From: Candidatus Latescibacterota bacterium
GTDB lineage: Bacteria > Krumholzibacteriota > Krumholzibacteriia > WVZY01 > JAKEHA01
Assembly (NCBI GenBank): GCA_963707635.1
Contig: OY970173.1
Span: 512,001 to 576,000, forward strand
Direction of reading: 5' to 3'
Length of the DNA: 64,000 bases
Position 1 is the first letter of the stretch, and each line of letters starts with the position of its first letter. Below the pieces are notes generated by a model, which saw nothing but the letters and a program-made list of their open reading frames with translations, was not told the origin of the DNA and searched no databases. Position numbers and translations under genes: made by a program. Shown here one piece after another: positions 51,252-60,775 of the stretch.

Positions 51252-52250
51252 TCACGAGAGCGTCGCCACCAACAGCGCCTTGATCGTGTGCATGCGGTTC
51301 TCCGCTTCGTCGAACACGATCGAGGACGCCGACTCGAACACATCTTCGGTGACTTCGAGCCCGTTCATCTTGTACTTCTTGAACAACTCCTCGCCCTTGG
51401 TGGTCTCGCGATTGTGGAACGCGGGCAGGCAGTGCATGAATTTGACGGCGGGGTTGCCGGTCGCCTTCATCAGGCTCGCGTTGACCTGGTAGGGCTTGAG
51501 CAGCTTGATGCGCGCGGCCCACTTTTCCGCCGGCTCCCCGAGCGAGACCCACACGTCGGTATAGACGAAGTCCACGCCCTTGACGGCCTTCTTTGGGTCG
51601 GTGGTGACGAGCGTGCGCGCGCCGGAACGCTTCGCCAGCGCCTTCGCGCGCGCGACCACCTTCGCCACCGGCTGGAGCGATTTCGGCCCGCAGATGCGCA
51701 CGTCCATGCCCATGAGCGCGCCGGCGAGCAGGAGCGAGTTCGCCATGTTGTTGCGCGCGTCGCCGATGTAGCAGAAGGACGTCTTGGACAGCGGGCGCTT
51801 GCCGTGCTCTTCCATCGTCATTAGAGCGGCCAGCATCTGGGTCGGGTGGGAATCGTCGGTGAGTCCATTGTAGACGGGGACGCCGGCGTGCGCCGCCAGC
51901 TCTTCCACCACCGACTGCGCGTACCCGCGATACTCGATGGCGTCGTACATGCGCCCGAGCACGCGCGCGGTATCCTTGATCGATTCCTTGTGGCCGATCT
52001 GGGATCCGGAGGGGTCGAGGTAGGTGACGCCCATGCCGAGGTCGTACGCGGCCACTTCGAACGCGCAGCGAGTGCGCGTCGACGTCTTCTCGAAGATCAG
52101 TACGATGTTTCTCCCGCGCAGGCGGGGCGCGTAGGTGCCCTCGGCCTTCTCGCGCTTGAGCTGTTTCGAAAGGTCGAGCAGGTAGCGGACTTCCTCGGGC
52201 GTGTAGTCCGCCAGCTCGAGTAGATGTTTCTGCCGGAGATTCGTCTTCAT
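51252..52250 (-). CDS. argF: ornithine carbamoyltransferase
   Basis: [43 protein letters not shown] and [10 protein letters not shown]. Confidence 0.93.
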   Translation of the reverse strand: MKTNLRQKHLLELADYTPEEVRYLLDLSKQLKREKAEGTYAPRLRGRNIVLIFEKTSTRTRCAFEVAAYDLGMGVTYLDPSGSQIGHKESIKDTARVLGRMYDAIEYRGYAQSVVEELAAHAGVPVYNGLTDDSHPTQMLAALMTMEEHGKRPLSKTSFCYIGDARNNMANSLLLAGALMGMDVRICGPKSLQPVAKVVARAKALAKRSGARTLVTTDPKKAVKGVDFVYTDVWVSLGEPAEKWAARIKLLKPYQVNASLMKATGNPAVKFMHCLPAFHNRETTKGEELFKKYKMNGLEVTEDVFESASSIVFDEAENRMHTIKALLVATLS

Positions 52251-52266
52251 ATCACTCCAAACACCT

Positions 52267-53658
52267 CTATGCCGACTCCCGCTTCAGCCACACGTAGACG
52301 GGAATGCCGAGCAAGAGTAGCACGAAACCGTACAACACCGTCTCGGGGCCCGATCCGTACGTGGCCCACACCGAATATAGAAATGCGAGCACCGGCACGA
52401 CCGCGCTGCGCCACGTGAGACGCGCCGGCTCACCATTGGCCCCGGCGCGCGACGGGAGGGCTCCCGCTTGCGGGAAACCCGGCGCGCGCGGGCCGCTGTC
52501 ACGAAGCAGCAGCGGCACCAAGGCGGAGAACGCGTACGGCACCAGGTTCGCCAGCGTGGCGAGCAGGATGATGAAGTTGAAGATGCCGATGAGCCCCTTC
52601 GACCCGGAATAATTGAACACGATCAGCGCGGTCATCAGGCACGCGGACGAAATAATCCCGAACGCGGGCGCGCCGAAGCGGTTCACGGAGCCGAAACGGC
52701 GGGGGAACAGGCCCTCGCGCGCGGCGGCGGCCGGCAACTGTCCCGTGAGCAGCATCCATCCGTTGAGCGCGCCGAAACACGACACCACCGCGCCGAATCC
52801 CACCGCGTACGAGGCCCACCCGCCCCAGATCGAGCCGGCCGCGTCGGCGAACGGAGCGCCCGACGTGGCGAGCTTTTCGCGCGACATGATCCCCATGACC
52901 GCGACCGTCCCGAGAATGTAGACCACGGTGGTGAGCAGGGTCCCGATCACGGTGGCGCGCGGAATGGTGCGCTGGGGTTCGTGCACGTCGTCGGCCGGTA
53001 CGGTGGCGGATTCGAGTCCTAGGAACGACCACAGCGTCAGCGTCGCGACGGCCGACACCGCGGCGAACGGGCTCTGCCCCGAGGCGTTGAAGGGCGTGAA
53101 ATGCTCCGGCTTCACCCAGAACAGCCCCACCGTGGCGAGGGCGAGGAGCGGGATCAACTTGACGATCGTGGTCGCGTTCTGCACGCGGCCTGCGGAACGG
53201 ACGCCGCGCACGTTCACGGCCGCCAGCAACCACACGATGCCGATACAGGCCAGCGCCGGCGCCATCCCGCTGCCTCCCAGCGACGGGAAGAACACGCCGG
53301 CGTAGCTCACGCACGCGACCGCGATCGCGGTATTGCCCGACCAGAGCGCGATCCAGTAGCCCCACGCGATCCAGAACGCGGCGAAGTCGCCGAACCCGGC
53401 GCGCGTGTACGCGAATGGGCCGCCCGCTTTCGGGATCATCGTGGCCAGACGCGCGAACACGAGGGCCAGGCAAATCGCGCCCGCGGCCGTGAACACCCAA
53501 CCCACCAGAGAGATTGCGCCGAAGGGGGCGAGCGAGGCGGGCAAGAGAAAGATGCCTGAGCCGATCATGTTGCCGACCACGAGCGCGACGCAGGACCACA
53601 GACCGAGCTTCCTGATTCCTGGCGCGCGCCCGTTGGGGGAGGCGGGACGGGAACTCAC
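52267..53658 (-). CDS. APC-family amino acid permease (ArcD/AdiC/PotE-like antiporter)
   Basis: [28 protein letters not shown] and GALNGW, with about 12 TM helices. GTGA overlap with the upstream gene. Confidence 0.88.
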   Translation of the reverse strand: MSSRPASPNGRAPGIRKLGLWSCVALVVGNMIGSGIFLLPASLAPFGAISLVGWVFTAAGAICLALVFARLATMIPKAGGPFAYTRAGFGDFAAFWIAWGYWIALWSGNTAIAVACVSYAGVFFPSLGGSGMAPALACIGIVWLLAAVNVRGVRSAGRVQNATTIVKLIPLLALATVGLFWVKPEHFTPFNASGQSPFAAVSAVATLTLWSFLGLESATVPADDVHEPQRTIPRATVIGTLLTTVVYILGTVAVMGIMSREKLATSGAPFADAAGSIWGGWASYAVGFGAVVSCFGALNGWMLLTGQLPAAAAREGLFPRRFGSVNRFGAPAFGIISSACLMTALIVFNYSGSKGLIGIFNFIILLATLANLVPYAFSALVPLLLRDSGPRAPGFPQAGALPSRAGANGEPARLTWRSAVVPVLAFLYSVWATYGSGPETVLYGFVLLLLGIPVYVWLKRESA

Positions 53659-55013
53659 TTCAAGCGCACCGTCTGTTTGTGTTCGGGGATCTCCGCCTGC
53701 CAGGCCAGCCGGCGCTCGATGTGTTTGCGAAACGCGTCCGCGGCAGCCGGTTCTCCGTGGGTGAGGAACACGCGTTTGGGCTTTTCCTGCACGCTGCCCA
53801 GCCACTCGATCAGCTCGAGGTAATCGCCGTGCGCCGACATCGAGGTCAACTCCACGACCTCGGCCCGCACCGGCACGAACTCTCCGAAGATCTTCAACTC
53901 CTTGGCGCCATTCTGAAGCGCCTCGCCGCGCGTGCCGGGTGCCTGGAATCCGGCCAGCAGAACCGTATTGCGCGGGTCGGGCAGGAGGGTGCGCAGGTGA
54001 TGAACGACGCGCCCGCCCGTCGCCATGCCGCTGCCCGCGATGATGACCGCCGGCGTGCCGGTCGCGTTGAGCGCGCGCGAGGCCTCTTCGCTCTTGATGA
54101 ATTCGGCCACGCGGAACATCTCGCGGCAGGCCGCTACGCTCAACTTGTGCTCGGTGGAATACTCGCTGTAGATCTCCGTGGCGTCGATGGCGAGCGGGCT
54201 GTTGAGATACACCGGGACGTCCGGGATCGCATGCGCCTTGCGCAGCTCCGAAATGAAATGCAGGAGCGCCTGCGTTCGTCCGACCGCGAACGCGGGAATC
54301 ACCAGTGTGCCGCCGCGCTTCACCGTGCGCGTGATGACGGCCGCCAGCTCCTGGGCCGGGTCGGTCTCGGGGTGGAGGCGGTTGCCGTAGGTGGATTCGC
54401 ACACCAGCGTGTCGGCGTGCGTGATACCCACCGGAGGCTTCATGACCGGGTCGTTCATCCGGCCCACGTCGCCCGAGAAGACAACGCGGTACCCGTCGTG
54501 CACGAACGCGACCCAGGCCGAGCCGAGGATGTGCCCGACGGGGGTGTACCGGAAGGTCACGCCGTCGCCGAGGTCGACGTCGGTGCCGAACGGCCGGGGC
54601 TGGAGCAACTTCACGCACGCTTCCGCGTCTTCACGCGTATAGAGCGGAAGGGCCGGGTCGTGGCGCGCGTACTTGTGCCGCGTCAGGTAGCGGGCCTCTT
54701 CCTCCTGCAGGTGGCCGGAGTCGGGAAGGAGGATTTCGCACAGGGCGCGAGTGCCCGCTGTGCAGTACACCGGACCCTTGTAGCCGCGCTTGACCAGTAC
54801 CGGGAGGTAGCCGGTGTGGTCGATGTGCGCGTGCGTGAGGACAATCGCGTCGATCCTGCCGAGGTCGAACGGCGGGTCCTCCCAGTTGCGCTGGCGGAGG
54901 TTCTTCAAGCCCTGAAACAGGCCGCAGTCGACGAGGATGTTCTTCTTGCCGATCGAGAGCAGGTACTTGGAGCCGGTCACGGTGCCGGCCGCGCCGTAGA
55001 AGGAGATGAACAT
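53655..55013 (-). CDS. MBL-fold metallo-hydrolase, beta-CASP ribonuclease family
   Basis: GAAGTVTGS, DCGLFQG, THAHIDHTG, GHILGS, ESTYG, PAFAVGRTQ, SAHGD and HGEP. Confidence 0.92.
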   Translation of the reverse strand: MFISFYGAAGTVTGSKYLLSIGKKNILVDCGLFQGLKNLRQRNWEDPPFDLGRIDAIVLTHAHIDHTGYLPVLVKRGYKGPVYCTAGTRALCEILLPDSGHLQEEEARYLTRHKYARHDPALPLYTREDAEACVKLLQPRPFGTDVDLGDGVTFRYTPVGHILGSAWVAFVHDGYRVVFSGDVGRMNDPVMKPPVGITHADTLVCESTYGNRLHPETDPAQELAAVITRTVKRGGTLVIPAFAVGRTQALLHFISELRKAHAIPDVPVYLNSPLAIDATEIYSEYSTEHKLSVAACREMFRVAEFIKSEEASRALNATGTPAVIIAGSGMATGGRVVHHLRTLLPDPRNTVLLAGFQAPGTRGEALQNGAKELKIFGEFVPVRAEVVELTSMSAHGDYLELIEWLGSVQEKPKRVFLTHGEPAAADAFRKHIERRLAWQAEIPEHKQTVRLK

Positions 55014-55127
55014 GCCGGCATTCTACGCGGTTTGTCGGCAACGCTCAAGGCAGCGTTGCGCCGGGGGCGTGCACCCTCTAGAATGAGGCGCCCAGCTGGT
55101 CGTTGACCTTGCGAAGAGAGGAAGAAC

Positions 55128-57746
55128 ATGGCGAAACGAATCCTGACGACCGCGTTGCTCCTGTCGGCGGTTGTTGCGCAGCCGCCGACGGCCCGCGCGG
55201 CGAGCTTCGAGTCGATCCCGTCGTACTACCAGCAGCTCGACTTCAATCTGACCGGACCGACGAGCATGCCCGAAGCGGTGGGCGGCTACGCCAACCCCGC
55301 CGTGTATTCGCTGATGCCGGGCGCCGAGGCGGAGTATTACTGGTCGAGTTTCGACTCCGACGAGTTTCAGGGCGTGGACCGCTGGGGTCTCTTCCTCGGA
55401 CTCAAGCATCTCGGATTCGGTGTGACGCACACCCAGGCCCCGTTCTCGACCGGCGAGGCGAGCGTCACCGACTACCGGATTGGACTGGGTGGCGGGTCGC
55501 GCGCGTTCACCTTCGGCCTGGGGTACGGCTGGTCGGGCGGCGACGAGAGCGCGTTCGGGCGCGAGGACTTGATGCAGGTCGGGTTCGGGTATCGCCCGGG
55601 GCGGTACCTGTCGCTGGGCGGTGTCTGGGACTTCGGCATGCAGAGCGGTGACCGCCGCGAGCTCTACGACCTGGGCGTGCGCCCGCTCGGCGACCAGCGC
55701 CTGACCGTATTCGGTGACGTCGAGCTTACGAGCGTCGGCGGCGACTATCAGGACCACCCGCCGTACAGCGTTGGGGCGATGGTGGAGATTCCCGCCGGTC
55801 TGAAGCTCATCGGACGTTACTACGACGACAACCTGGTCGCCGACGAAGGCTTCAGCGTGGCCCTCGCGTACACGTTTGGCGGCGGGTTCGGGCAGGGCGT
55901 GGCGCGGGGCTCGGCGGCGGTCCGCTTCGATTCGGACAACAACCACGCCTACACCAACTGGGGTGTGCGCCTCGGCTTCCCCGAACGATCGAACATGCTC
56001 AAGCCGCTCAACCGCCACAGCGGCTACTTGGACCTGCGCGTCGGGGGCCAGGTCGCCTACACCACCTATCGCTTCCTCGACACGCGCCAGACGCTGCGCG
56101 AGATCATTTCCAACCTCGAGGCCGCGCGCACCGACGACCGCATCAGCGGCGTGGCCTTGAACCTCTCGGGCGCGAAACTTTCGCGCGGCACGGCGTGGGA
56201 GATCCGGCACAAGCTCGAGGAGCTGCGCGCGAGCGGGAAGAAGGTCGTCGTCTACATCGATGAAGCGGGCACCGCGACCTACTACGTCGCCAGCGTGGCG
56301 GATCGCGTGTTCATGGACCCCGAAGGGCTCCTGATTCTGCCGGGCTACGTCATGGGAAGAACGTACATCGCCAACATGCTCGAGAAGCTGGGCGTGGGTG
56401 TGGAGGAGTGGCGGTTCCTCAAGTACAAGAGCGCGATGGAGGCGCTCGTGCGCCACGAGATGAGCGATGCCGACCGCGAGCAGCGCCAGGCGCTGGTCGA
56501 TCAGGCGTACACGACGCTGCGCGACGACGTCGCGAAGAGCCGCAACGTGACGCCCGAAACCGTCGATCGCTGGATCGACGACGTGACGATATTCACAGCG
56601 CAGACGGCGGTCGACGAGAAGCTCGTCGATGTGCTGGGGCGGTGGGAGGACGTCAAGGACGACGTGAAGAAGACGGAAGGGCGCCGGCAACGTTTCGTCG
56701 GATCGGGAGAGCTGGAGGACAACTGGTATCCGTCGAAGCAATGGGGCCCGCGGCCGGAGGTGGCGGTCGTGTACGCGATCGGCCCGTGCGCGATGGACGA
56801 AGGCATCAACGCTCGCCGGCTGGAGAAGACGCTGCGCCGCCTGCGCGACGACCGCGGCGTCAAGGCGGTGGTGCTGCGGGTCGACTCGCCCGGCGGGAGC
56901 GCTCTCGCCTCCGATGTGGTTGCGGGGCAATTGAAGAAGATCATGGCGAAGAAGCCGGTGGTGGTGTCGCAGGGCGACGTGGCCGCCTCGGGCGGATACT
57001 GGCTTTCGATGTGCTCGCACCAGATCGTGGCGCAGCCGACCACCATCACGGGTTCGATCGGCGTCATCGCAGGCTGGGTGTGGGACAAGGGGTTGGGCGA
57101 GAAGGTCGGAATGGAGGGGGACTTCGTGAAGCGCGGCGAGCACGCGGATCTGTTTTTCTCGCTGCGGGTGCCGTTCTTTCCCGCGGCGATTCCGCACCGC
57201 GCCGCGAACAGCGAGGAACGCGACCGCGTGCTGGCCAGCATGAAGTCGCTCTACGCAGGTTTCGTCGGCGCCGTATCGAAGCATCGCAAGCTCCCGACCG
57301 AGCGGGTGGAAGCGGTGGCGCAGGGGCGCGTGTGGACCGGTGTGGCGGCCAAGGAGAACGGACTAGTGGACCGGATCGGCGGCCTCGAAGACGCCATCGC
57401 GCTCGCGCGCGAACTGGCCAAGATCGGCCCCGACGACGAAGTCGACGTGGTCGACTATTCGCCCCGTGGGCTGTTTCGATTCGACGTGCCCACGCCGTCG
57501 ATCAACGCCCCGTTTGCGAGCATCGGGGCACTGGCGTCGTGGGATGCGTTCGCGTCCGCCATGTTGCCGTGGGTGTTCGACGAGCCGGACGCAGATGCGG
57601 ACACGCAGGAATATCTTCGCGACTACGACTTGATGTACCTGAACCAGTTGGTGCAGAACGGCGGGCGCGCGTTGTGTCTGCTGCCGCCGGAGTATATTCC
57701 GCGCGACGAGTCGACCATACGAAATGCCACGTTGCCGGATCGGTGA
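55128..57746 (+). CDS. sppA: signal peptide peptidase SppA (S49) with a long N-terminal beta-rich extension
   Basis: KYKSA (Lys), [16 protein letters not shown] (Ser), TGSIGV and QGRVWTG. Signal peptide plus about 280 aa of amphipathic beta strands. Confidence 0.88.
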   Translation: MAKRILTTALLLSAVVAQPPTARAASFESIPSYYQQLDFNLTGPTSMPEAVGGYANPAVYSLMPGAEAEYYWSSFDSDEFQGVDRWGLFLGLKHLGFGVTHTQAPFSTGEASVTDYRIGLGGGSRAFTFGLGYGWSGGDESAFGREDLMQVGFGYRPGRYLSLGGVWDFGMQSGDRRELYDLGVRPLGDQRLTVFGDVELTSVGGDYQDHPPYSVGAMVEIPAGLKLIGRYYDDNLVADEGFSVALAYTFGGGFGQGVARGSAAVRFDSDNNHAYTNWGVRLGFPERSNMLKPLNRHSGYLDLRVGGQVAYTTYRFLDTRQTLREIISNLEAARTDDRISGVALNLSGAKLSRGTAWEIRHKLEELRASGKKVVVYIDEAGTATYYVASVADRVFMDPEGLLILPGYVMGRTYIANMLEKLGVGVEEWRFLKYKSAMEALVRHEMSDADREQRQALVDQAYTTLRDDVAKSRNVTPETVDRWIDDVTIFTAQTAVDEKLVDVLGRWEDVKDDVKKTEGRRQRFVGSGELEDNWYPSKQWGPRPEVAVVYAIGPCAMDEGINARRLEKTLRRLRDDRGVKAVVLRVDSPGGSALASDVVAGQLKKIMAKKPVVVSQGDVAASGGYWLSMCSHQIVAQPTTITGSIGVIAGWVWDKGLGEKVGMEGDFVKRGEHADLFFSLRVPFFPAAIPHRAANSEERDRVLASMKSLYAGFVGAVSKHRKLPTERVEAVAQGRVWTGVAAKENGLVDRIGGLEDAIALARELAKIGPDDEVDVVDYSPRGLFRFDVPTPSINAPFASIGALASWDAFASAMLPWVFDEPDADADTQEYLRDYDLMYLNQLVQNGGRALCLLPPEYIPRDESTIRNATLPDR

Positions 57747-57760
57747 TCCGCGACTATATT
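57732..57760 (+). promoter_or_regulatory. sigma70 promoter TTGCCG-17-TATATT
   Basis: The predicted start site near 57766 coincides with the first leader hairpin. Confidence 0.6.
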
Positions 57761-57765
57761 TCAGT

Positions 57766-57893
57766 GCCGACCGCGCGAGCGGTCGGGTCATGCAAGGGTG
57801 GGGGTCCGATGGCCGAAAGGCCGTCGGGTAGGCCTCCAAGTCGGCGCGCGCCATGACGCGAGTTGTGGTTGCGCGCCGCTTTGCGTTTGAACC
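57766..57893 (+). ncRNA. structured 5' leader (candidate riboswitch or cis-regulatory RNA)
   Basis: Three GNRA-capped hairpins and a three-way junction that closes just before the GGAGGAG RBS. Confidence 0.5.
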
Positions 57894-57904
57894 GGAGGAG
57901 CGGA

Positions 57905-58201
57905 ATGGAGACTCACAAGCGGTCGATGGTCAAATCCATCACCTGGCGTATCATCGGCGTCTTCCTGCTGGGCGGCATCGCGTACAGCGTCACCAGGAAC
58001 TGGAAGGAGATGTCGATCATCACCATCCTCTTCCACAGCATTCGCATGGTGCTTTACTACTTCCACGAGCGCATCTGGCTCCGGGTGAAGTGGGGGAAAA
58101 TCCTGCATCCATTGGCGGAGATCGAGGTCAACGGCAAGCTGACCCCCGAAGATCTGGATGAAATCCGCGCGCGGCTGCGCGCGATGGGCTACCTGGAGTG
58201 A
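57905..58201 (+). CDS. DUF2061-domain small membrane protein
   Basis: METHKRSMVKSITWRIIG...YYFHERIW.RVKWG, with a strong RBS. Confidence 0.88.
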   Translation: METHKRSMVKSITWRIIGVFLLGGIAYSVTRNWKEMSIITILFHSIRMVLYYFHERIWLRVKWGKILHPLAEIEVNGKLTPEDLDEIRARLRAMGYLE

Positions 58202-58222
58202 GGCCGAGCGCCCTGCAGCTGG

Positions 58223-58265
58223 AAACAGAAAAGGGACCTGCCGGAGGGCAAGCGGTCCCTTTTCT
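58223..58265. terminator. bidirectional rho-independent terminator
   Basis: 12-bp inverted repeat AGAAAAGGGACC/GGTCCCTTTTCT, with U-rich tails on both strands. Confidence 0.8.
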
Positions 58266-58732
58266 CCCGCTATGGCGATGTTGCCGTAGCTCGGTGCGCG
58301 CCGATCTTTTCGACTGGGGTGCCCGCACAGCCTCTCTGGAGAGAATGTCGAAAACGACCGGCGCGCGTTAGACTGTCTCGCAAATGAATCCCTCCCCCAA
58401 GAGGAACCCACGAGTTCGAGCCTTCCTACTGCGCTAACGCCGCGCTCACCACCACGACCCGTCGGTTCGCACCGCGTTACCGAACGATTCGGTCGGCTCG
58501 ATTCTGTCGCCTTCGCGGTGTGCGATGGACCTCCTTTCGCCAAGCCCGCGCTTCGACGCGAGGCTAACGCTCCGGGTGTCGATGGCGCGTCGAACTCACT
58601 CGCGCCGAAGCGCGTACCCTGCCCCTGGCGTGATTCCGTAGAATCCCGTCGCGTTGCGCCTCGATCATTCGTCTGGATGCCCTGCACGGCGGTGCGCGTC
58701 GAAGCGGAACGGCGCTGCAATCCTAGCCCCGC
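58223..58732 (-). ncRNA. candidate large (~500 nt) structured non-coding RNA of unrecognised class
   Basis: Own promoter and terminator, no credible ORF, cUUCGg and cUACGg tetraloops, G-U-rich helices on the minus strand and potential pseudoknots. Confidence 0.6.
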
Positions 58733-58736
58733 ACAT

Positions 58737-58764
58737 AAACTATCCAGTAAACGCCAGTTGTCAA
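58737..58764 (-). promoter_or_regulatory. sigma70 promoter TTGACA-16-TAGTTT
   Basis: Perfect -35 box, pointing into the ORF-free structured region. Confidence 0.7.
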
Positions 58765-58829
58765 GGGGAGGGACGAAGATTCTTGCGAGACGCTGGTGAA
58801 TCGACTCACTAGCTGTTCACGGGGAGCGT

Positions 58830-59019
58830 GCAGGCGATATATCGGACTCCGCGCTCATGCGCTCGCGCGCACATGTTGTACGCGCGACTCGCGAAATCGC
58901 GCTTCGCCCGACATATCGCCTGCCTGAGGGTGGGATGCACTCCCTCGCACCGCCAATCCGCAGTCGCGCATTTCAACATGTGCGCGGGAGGACGGCGGTA
59001 GAGGGAGTGCATCCCACCC
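58830..59019. repeat. two long hairpins with mutually complementary loops
   Basis: Stem A 58830-58845/58908-58923. Stem B 58928-58946/59001-59019 (19 bp perfect). Loop-loop pairing 58866-58878/58974-58986 and 58882-58889/58962-58969. Confidence 0.8.
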
Positions 59020-59028
59020 CGCAGAATG

Positions 59029-60408
59029 TCAGCGGCCTGGCAGGAACGTAACTTCGAACAGCTTCGAGCGCGCCAGACGCGACTTCACGATCGCGCGGAA
59101 CTGTTCCGGCGTGAGGGCATTGACCTCGGCGACGAATTCGTCGGTGGTCCGGCCCTCGCGCAGCATGTGCCGCATGCCGATGTTCAACGCCTCCTGGCCT
59201 ATCACCTGGTGGTGGGCCATTGGATAGTCGGGCGCGTCCGGTTTGAGCATGGTCGTGGACATGAAGCTGGTGGCGTTCGCCTTGATGCTTTCGACTCGCG
59301 AGTCTTCCTCCAGCAGCTTGATCGCGCCCTCCAGGTGCTGAAGGAGCAGCGAACCCACTTCAGCGACGTCGCGGCCGGTTGGCTGGGCGTAGAGGAAGAA
59401 CGGCATCTCTCCCACGCGATAAACCTGGTTCGTGCAGTAGATGACCTGGTTGCCGCTGTAGAGCGCCGGTGACGAATTCATGTACTGATTCAAGAACGAG
59501 CCGAACAGGGAAAGGACCAGGCGCTCGCGGTAGTCGTCGTAGGGGCCGGGCGCGATGTAATAGATCGCGCTCGCGCTCACGTCCCAGGTGGCGTGGAGGT
59601 CGCGCTCGAGCCGCGGAACCCGCACGGGCGGCGCCGGGCGGCGCGGAATCGATTCGAGATGCTTGCGCACCAGCGCCTCGGCATCCGCTTTTTTGAAGTC
59701 GCCGACGATGACGATCACCATGTCATCCGGCCGGAAGTACTCCAGCTGGAACTTCTGCGCTTCCGGTATCGTCAGGCGACGGGTGCCTTCGCGGATGTCG
59801 ACGTGCATCTGACCGAAGTTCATGGCCTGGTTCAGCGCCATCATCGCGAACTTGGTGAGCGCGAGCTTGGGGGTGGAGATGGTCTGGTCGATTTCACTGA
59901 TCACCTTGTCCTGTTCGCGCTTCAGAATCTTGTCCTCGCACGTCATGCCCCCGAGCCGCGCAGCCTCGACGCGCAGGGCGTCCTCGAAGTGGTTCCCCCT
60001 CACGATGTAGTCGAAATGGATGAAATCGCCGAGTGTCTCCGCGTTGGCCATGCCGCGGTCGGTGCGCAGGAGGTTCCACGCTTCCTCGGTGCCGAAGGGG
60101 CCGCTCGCGCAGTAGATGGTAAGGTGCTCGGTCAGGTGCGATAACTGGGGCCGGCCCCTGGGTTCGTCCATGAAACCCACCGGGTAGAGCGTCTCGATCG
60201 CGATCTGATTGCTGGTGTGCTCCTCCTGCAGGTAAACCGTGATGCCGTTGGACAGCGCGAACGAGGACAAATCCGACATATCGCGCTTGAACGACTCCAG
60301 GTCCGCGCGCTCGAACTTCTCCGCCTCCTGCTCGTCCTTCTGGCAGGAGAGGGTCGCCGGAATGATGGCGGCGGCCAGCAGGGCGGCGGCCACAGGAGTA
60401 ACTCGCAT
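59029..60408 (-). CDS. M16 (insulinase-like) zinc peptidase family lipoprotein
   Basis: Lipobox TLSC, LSNGITV, HLTEH (HxxEH), ANAET, EQDKVISE and YFRPDDMVIVIVGD. Confidence 0.85.
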   Translation of the reverse strand: MRVTPVAAALLAAAIIPATLSCQKDEQEAEKFERADLESFKRDMSDLSSFALSNGITVYLQEEHTSNQIAIETLYPVGFMDEPRGRPQLSHLTEHLTIYCASGPFGTEEAWNLLRTDRGMANAETLGDFIHFDYIVRGNHFEDALRVEAARLGGMTCEDKILKREQDKVISEIDQTISTPKLALTKFAMMALNQAMNFGQMHVDIREGTRRLTIPEAQKFQLEYFRPDDMVIVIVGDFKKADAEALVRKHLESIPRRPAPPVRVPRLERDLHATWDVSASAIYYIAPGPYDDYRERLVLSLFGSFLNQYMNSSPALYSGNQVIYCTNQVYRVGEMPFFLYAQPTGRDVAEVGSLLLQHLEGAIKLLEEDSRVESIKANATSFMSTTMLKPDAPDYPMAHHQVIGQEALNIGMRHMLREGRTTDEFVAEVNALTPEQFRAIVKSRLARSKLFEVTFLPGR

Positions 60409-60775
60409 GAGCAGTCCTTTCATCGTTGGAAGTGCCTGTAGGATCCGGCGATTATACGGTAGAACCGGTTCAACGGCAACACGTTGGTACGATACGCCGC
60501 CAGGCGCGGCTGCTGCCACCCAGGGTTTGGAAACAAGATCGGGAACTCGCCGCCCAAATCGCCGTATGAGAGACCGGGGCAAACAGGAACATCCAGGGTT
60601 GCTTGTGGAGGACTCTTTGAATCGCGGCGACGTATTCCCCCCGGATCCCGCCCGGGATCCGTTCGGGAGCCTCGAAGCCGCGAATCGTTGCTGAGAAGGA
60701 ATCGACAAGGTTGCTATGGGTGTCGCGAGAGCCCGGCCGATCCTACACGGCCGGGCTCTCGTCTTTTCAACCGCC

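Noticed and set aside
57788..58720. 310-aa minus-strand ORF overlapping the DUF2061 gene
   Set aside because: Ser/Arg-rich low-information sequence with atypical codons. It runs through a terminator and is antisense to a real gene.
58223..58732. tmRNA, RNase P RNA or group II intron identity for the large RNA (starts GUGCG/GGGGC)
   Set aside because: No T-loop/CCA 3' end, no GAGGAAAGUCC core and no convincing domain V/VI or interrupted host gene. It has its own promoter and terminator.
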